Shown: positions 63,611-64,000 of the stretch, piece by piece
Numbering within the stretch: position 1 is the stretch's first letter
Layout of the letters: every line of letters begins with the position of its first letter
NCBI GenBank assembly: GCA_963924565.1
Contig: OZ004607.1
Location: forward strand, 13,640,001 to 13,704,000
Length of the DNA stretch: 64,000 bases
Direction: 5' to 3'
Source of the DNA: Ascidiella aspersa
Taxonomy: Eukaryota
Translations under genes and position numbers: made by a program
Notes under the pieces: model-generated
What the model was told of the DNA's origin: nothing
Databases searched by the model: none
Seen by the model: the letters and a program-made list of their open reading frames with translations, nothing else

Positions 63611-64000
63611 ATTGCACTGCTTTTAAATTTCATACGCGCTGAACAACTACTATACTCATCTGCAAAACATTCGAAAAATCATTATGATACAGAGAACTCA
63701 GTTTAGGTTCAAAAGTTTCCTTTTCCTGCAACCCACAAAAAATACGGTTTCACTAAAGCGTCCCTAAAACTGAAACACGGGCGACTCTTCATATCACAAT
63801 AGCAGTCGCCTTTTTCGCGCTTTTTCAAGGAAATCAAATTACCGCCTTGCTATTTACGTTTGAATAGTGCACTTGAAATTTATTAATTTTAATTAGTTAC
63901 GAAACTCCGATAAGGACAAAGCATAACATCTTTAAATAAACAGACCGCATTTGTTAAGTTTTACATTTTTTATTCCAGTTTACAGGTTTTGCGCTTTGAT

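Noticed and set aside
62811-63626. Short ORFs overlapping gag on both strands
   Set aside because: Shadow frames of the GC-rich gag ORF.
62477-63655. Degenerate direct repeats flanking gag as LTR remnants (tttaaatt...tgaacaa..ctactata at ~62477-62517 and ~63623-63654)
   Set aside because: Short, gapped and AT-rich; the 62492-62511 part is better explained as a terminus of the TIR family seen at 41445/42396.

Overview
Eukaryotic, intron-rich animal DNA, probably an invertebrate chordate such as an ascidian (inferred from intron positions and repeat types; not verified). Two host genes point away from each other. At the left edge is the 5' part of a ZFP36L/TIS11 tandem-CCCH mRNA-decay gene on the minus strand (exons 1085-1129 and <1-677). 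On the plus strand is the 5' half of a trithorax/MLL (KMT2A/B-type) gene. I assembled it by hand into 26 phase-consistent GT-AG coding exons (42905-61418, about 1224 aa); it continues beyond the window. About 40 kb of apparently non-coding DNA separates the two genes, made of alternating CpG-rich blocks and AT-rich spacers, enriched in CRE sites and carrying hAT-type MITEs. Three things stand out. (1) The MLL protein carries two in-frame TRF/telobox-like Myb domains, apparently from a duplicated exon cassette; vertebrate KMT2A/B and Drosophila Trx lack these. (2) Its CXXC finger lacks the KFGG motif and the N-terminal AT-hook cluster is missing, suggesting a swapped chromatin-targeting module. 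(3) An intact, stand-alone 326-aa Ty3/gypsy (CsRn1-like, CHCC knuckle) gag ORF lies antisense in an MLL intron with no pol, PBS or visible LTR, a candidate domesticated capsid gene. Most entries in the supplied ORF track look spurious.
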